DNA from: the human T2T-CHM13v2.0 reference genome, Homo sapiens
DNA: 64,000 bases
Assembly (NCBI RefSeq): GCF_009914755.1
Contig: NC_060937.1
Reading direction: 5' to 3' (one strand)
Below, in pieces: positions 59,519-64,000 of this stretch. A model generated the notes under the pieces. It did no database searches, was not told where the DNA came from, and worked only from the letters and a program-made list of their open reading frames with translations. A program made the translations under genes and the position numbers. Positions within the stretch are counted from its first letter, which is position 1. The number at the start of each line of letters is the position of its first letter.

Positions 59519-61041
59519 TCCACCATTTGAAGGACTGCATTTAAATTTAAAGGACCAGGTTATCATTTCTATTGCTTTCTGATATTTTAAAATGAAAAAT
59601 TTATCAAATGTGTATATTTAAGTTTGTAATTGAATTTCATACTAGAATCCACTGAGATTCATTATGTTATTCATTGGTGCTATTGCTGCTCTTATTTAAC
59701 AGCTACTGGGAGAGGGAGAAATAGAAAGTCATTTTCTTCTGATGTAAAACGGGGAGAATAACTGAAATGACTGACTGCAGTCTGGAGTTTCCCTAAAAGG
59801 TGAGTGAATCTCACATGAGCTTGGAGACCTCACGACATTGAGAAGGGCAGGGCCCTCCCAAGCTTTTCCTGTCATGGCGCTCATAGAAAATGACAATATT
59901 TATACAGCACAGTGGGGATCTGAGGACAACCGTATGGGACTTGGTAAACCGCATTACATTTTCTTCATATCATAATTATGTCAAGAAAAATAAGTATCCA
60001 GGGAAATATTTAATATTAACTTTCTTAAAATTTTCCAATAAAATCTTTTTGAGGACTTTACTGAGAAATGTGGGCTTGCTGTCTTGGGCGTAGCTTGTCT
60101 CTTGGGTTTTGAGCCAAAAGTGGCTCTGCATTTTTTTTCTAAATCTCCATAGTCGCCATCCAGGAGAAAACGTGTTCACACGAACGGGTGATAAGTTGGA
60201 AACCATTTTGCAAATCTTCCAAACATTTATAACACTTGAAATTAGATTTAAAGAATCTAACAACACTTTCTTTTCTTTCATGATGAAAGGTCTTACAATA
60301 GTGGCAAATAGATTTTGACTCCAATTGGACTTTTTGGCATCAAACATTTTGCAAAGAAAAAGCTCTCCCTTTTTCATGTTTATCTTACTTGCTTTAGAAC
60401 AGTCATTTGAGGACAGAGACTCCACTCAAAGTGCCCATCAGCCAGAAACAGACAAGCCTGGTGAACGGGAAGGCAGAGATTGGGGCCTGGCCTACCTGGC
60501 ACTCCCACCCCAAAAAAGGCTACCCATTGAGCCATGGAGATCTGCTCCTTGGACATTTCCAACATAAACTCCAGCAGCAGCTCCACCTGCTTGTCCACTA
60601 AATAAGGAGCAGGTGGCTGAAGTCCATCTCCAGGTGCTGGGTCACCTTGGTTGCCCCTCCTAATGCTGCAGGGAGTCCCAGTGTTCCTCATCCGTGCTCA
60701 GTCCTGGGGGAACCATGGGACAGTGTTGGGTCCTCCACCTCCTTTCCAGCCAGTCTCAGAGGAATGCCAAGCCAGCATGCTGGCCAGCCCATCCAGGCCC
60801 TGCCAGGCTGCCCTAAAGGCTGAGATCAGTTCCTCAAAGCACACCTCTGAGGAGTACCCAGTGAAAGCCATATGCCAGGAGGGGAAAAAGATCTCTTCAG
60901 GGAGACAAAGTTTCATGAAATAGCTGGGAAACAAGTGTAGCTGGCAGAGCAATTGGACATACAAGCTATAAGAACATACTATCAATTTTTACTTCTTTAT
61001 TTATAGAAAATATAATGAAAATGATTTTTTTAAATACTTGA

Positions 61042-61785
61042 TGTGGAGCTGATAAAGTTAAGCCTTTCTTTTCACTGTATTCGGCAATACTGCAATTCGT
61101 TTCTGATGTTGGCCACTCAGGTTAGCATAGATTCCATGAGGTGAAGGGAACAAGAATGTCCTCATTTCAGATGGCAGCCACATATTCAGAGGTCCAGGTC
61201 ACTTGCACAATTTGGGGGTTCCCATGACCCCCTTAGGTTTGATAACTCATTATAACCACTCAGAGAACTTAGGAAAGCACTAAACTTACTGTTACAATTA
61301 TTATAAAGGACACAACTCAGGGCCAGTCAAATGCAGAAACACATGGGGCAAAGTCTGGGAGGGTGCCAAACACAGAGCTTCATGCTCTCTGTCCTTGCAA
61401 TTGGGACATGTCACCCTCTTGGCACATCAATGTGTTCACCAACCAAGAAGCTCATCCAAGAAGCCCCAGCGTCCAGAGATTCTATTAGGGTTTAATTCCA
61501 TGAATCACTGGCCATGTACTTGAATTCAATCTCCAGCCCTCTTCCCCATTCTGGAATCCAGGAGTCAGGAAGCCATGGCTCAGAGCCCCAACCCTTTAAT
61601 CACAGGGTTGGTATTTCTGGTGTGACTAGCCCCAATCCTAAGTCATCTCATTAGCATAAACTCAGGTGTGGTCCAGGAGCCCCCCATGAATAATGAAGAC
61701 AAGTTTATCACTCAGGAATTTCCAAGGATTTAGAGGTTATCTCCCAGGAAGAGGAACAAAGACCAGACAAATTACTTATTCTACA
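61042..61785 (-). mobile_element. MER21-family LTR (MER21C-like)
   Basis: gggggttcccatgacccc..actcagagaacttaggaaagcact..ggaattccaaggatttagagg-like motifs, the reverse complement of the element at 50293. Confidence 0.75.
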
Positions 61786-62852
61786 AAAATCCCAAAGAAC
61801 ACCAGTTCTTCACAACATGATTCTCAGAACAAATTTCCCCCAAAAGCAAGAATTGTATGGATTTTCCCCCAAGGAAAAATAAATGAATTATTGGGAAGAT
61901 AATGTTGGACTAAAGGTCAGTATGAAGAAAGGCAGTTAAGAGAATAAAAAATAATGATGTTAATGAGAAGGAAAGATTACAACCAAAAATCTGAAAAGAA
62001 ATGATCAATTAAAAGGTGCAAGTCCTTGGGCGGGTGGCACCACAGATCATCTGCAAGAGTGCAGCCAAGTACAGTTGTCATCTTTTATTGCTATTTAAAG
62101 ACCTACAGGTTGGGATATCAATCTTGGTGGACCATCACTCCTTGAACCAAATGTTGGGCTTAGACTTACCAATGGATGGGCCACTCCACATAGGAGAGAA
62201 GAAATCCACCTGACATCTACCAGGCAGCCACTATTATTGGTTGTAGGCTTGCATCAGACCTGGTGGTGCATTTCTGAAAGACTGAGAAAACAAGATGTGA
62301 TGCGAGTCTTCTGAAATGCAGTCCCATGGGCAAAAGAAAGAATTAGAAGCTTGTTAAGAAACACATTACCATCTGCAAAGAAGTACCAGACATATATCTG
62401 TGAGAAATTGGTGTCTTCTGGGAAACACTGAGGTGCCAGCAGCTGACGGGGAAAGATAAAATAATGATCACTGTATTCTTCCTGCCAACTTGGGAGATTT
62501 TCTTGATGAAGAAAGATAAGAGGTAAAAATGTCAGGCATGCAGGCCTTCACTTTCTTCAAAGTGAGAAGTTTGTAAAATAACCCTGAGTACAAGTGAGTT
62601 TTTTCCATGCTCATTTCACAACAAGTATGTAAAATTCTACACAAAAAGGAATATACAATTTTCCTAAAGTCTGAGTTCTTGATTGTGTCTGTCTCACACA
62701 TTCTTCACTAAATATTAATTGCGTCCAAATGTCTGGACATTTGGTATCTGTAGATAATTGTCTTTTTCAAAAAGAAATAAAAAACAGAAAACCTTCCTTT
62801 CTCTAAGGGAAGAGGAAAAATACTATTGTTAAAACTTTTAACAAATACATCA

Positions 62853-62989
62853 ATATTTCATCCATTCTAAGATCCACATTTTCACAATTTTACGTCTCTG
62901 AAATTGAGTGCATCTTACAATTGGCAGCCTTTTTTTGCGACACATGAAAGAAGAGCGCATCTATAGTACCTTAAATTGAATGAAATGTG
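62853..62989 (+). mobile_element. MER104-like Tc/mariner MITE
   Basis: Imperfect TIRs tatttcatccattctaag / cttaaattgaatgaaatg and core tctctgaaattgagtgcatcttacaatt. Confidence 0.62.
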
Positions 62990-63587
62990 AGCAATTGCTT
63001 AAAATAATGTTGCTAGACAAAGTGTTTAAAGTTTAAAGAAACCCACTGTCCTGAAGAACTTAAGTACTCTTCAGGAATACGACAGGAATTAGGTATCCAA
63101 ATTCTGGAATTGTTAGAGGACACTAAGAACTGCTTCAGTCATGTGAATCTATCACTTTGAGATATCATATGTTTCTCCTTCAATCTCTTAAAGAAGTAAA
63201 TAATATTTATAGGGATTTCATTTTAACAGGAATCCATATTTGTATTCCTGGAATAAACTCAACGTAATCATGATGTATGGTTGATTTTACAGACTACTAG
63301 ATTCAATTTTTTCTAATAGTTTATATAGAAATGTTGAATTTCACAATAGAGATGTGTCTATAATTTTTAATAATTATATACATTTCTATAAATTCTATAA
63401 ATTTCTATAAATTTGGAATTGCCTGATCACTAGATTTTGCTGAAACATTGGTTCTGCTATCTGGTTTTACTGCTTTGCTTTGTTTTGTTTTGTCTGGAGG
63501 GGGAGAGAAAGAGTTTAACTACCAATTCACTGTCTCTCATAGTTCCAGGACTCTTTAGGTTATCTATTTCTTCTCAAGTCACTTTTG

Positions 63588-64000
63588 GTTATATATATAA
63601 TATATATTACATGTATATATTATATATTATATGTTTATATATTATATGTATATATGTATATATTATATATTATATATTATATATATTATATACATATAAT
63701 ATATATTCTCATATATATTATATATACTCATATATATAATATATATTCTCATATATATATTATATATTCTCATATATATAATATATATATTCTCATATAT
63801 AATATATATTCTCATATATATAATATATACTCATATATTATATATATTCTCATATATTATATATATACTCATATATAATGTATATATTCTAATATATAAT
63901 ATATATTTTCTCATTTATATAATATATATTCTCATATATAATATATATTCTCATATATGACATATTATATATATTCTCATATATATTATATATTCTCATA
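63588..64000. repeat. AT-rich VNTR with ~18-24-bp units (atatattctcatatatata-like); continues past window end
   Basis: More than 12 recurrences of ta(t/c)tc(t)cata separated by TA runs. Confidence 0.93.

Noticed and set aside
63437-63878. Tyr/Ile-rich ORFs
   Set aside because: Translations of the TA-rich VNTR.

Overview
Primate (almost certainly human) genomic DNA rich in Alu, L1, MaLR and ERV repeats. It contains one convincing protein-coding gene: the intronless retrogene PABPC3 (testis poly(A)-binding protein, CDS 983-2878, 631 aa). The retrocopy spans ~651-3354 and keeps its poly(A) signal, a residual A-tail and a 15-bp target-site duplication. It is 5'-truncated and lacks the parental PABPC1 5'TOP and A-rich autoregulatory element. 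The other ~60 kb is intergenic: ~25 Alus, a near-full-length decayed L1MA-type LINE (~25.3-32.7 kb), nested L1 fragments, solo LTRs (MER41, MER21, MER39, MST/MLT), MER20/MER5/MER104 DNA transposons, MIRs, microsatellites, an AT-rich VNTR and several repeat-poor blocks that may be regulatory. From memory this is the 13q12 PABPC3-AMER2 interval, with AMER2 beyond the right edge (not verifiable here). I found no evidence of a new multi-gene system. The most unusual direct observations are two strong fold-back structures (15036-15137 and 18247-18292) and domain-biased divergence of PABPC3. PABPC1 comparisons and repeat subfamily names rely on recalled sequences and need confirmation by alignment.
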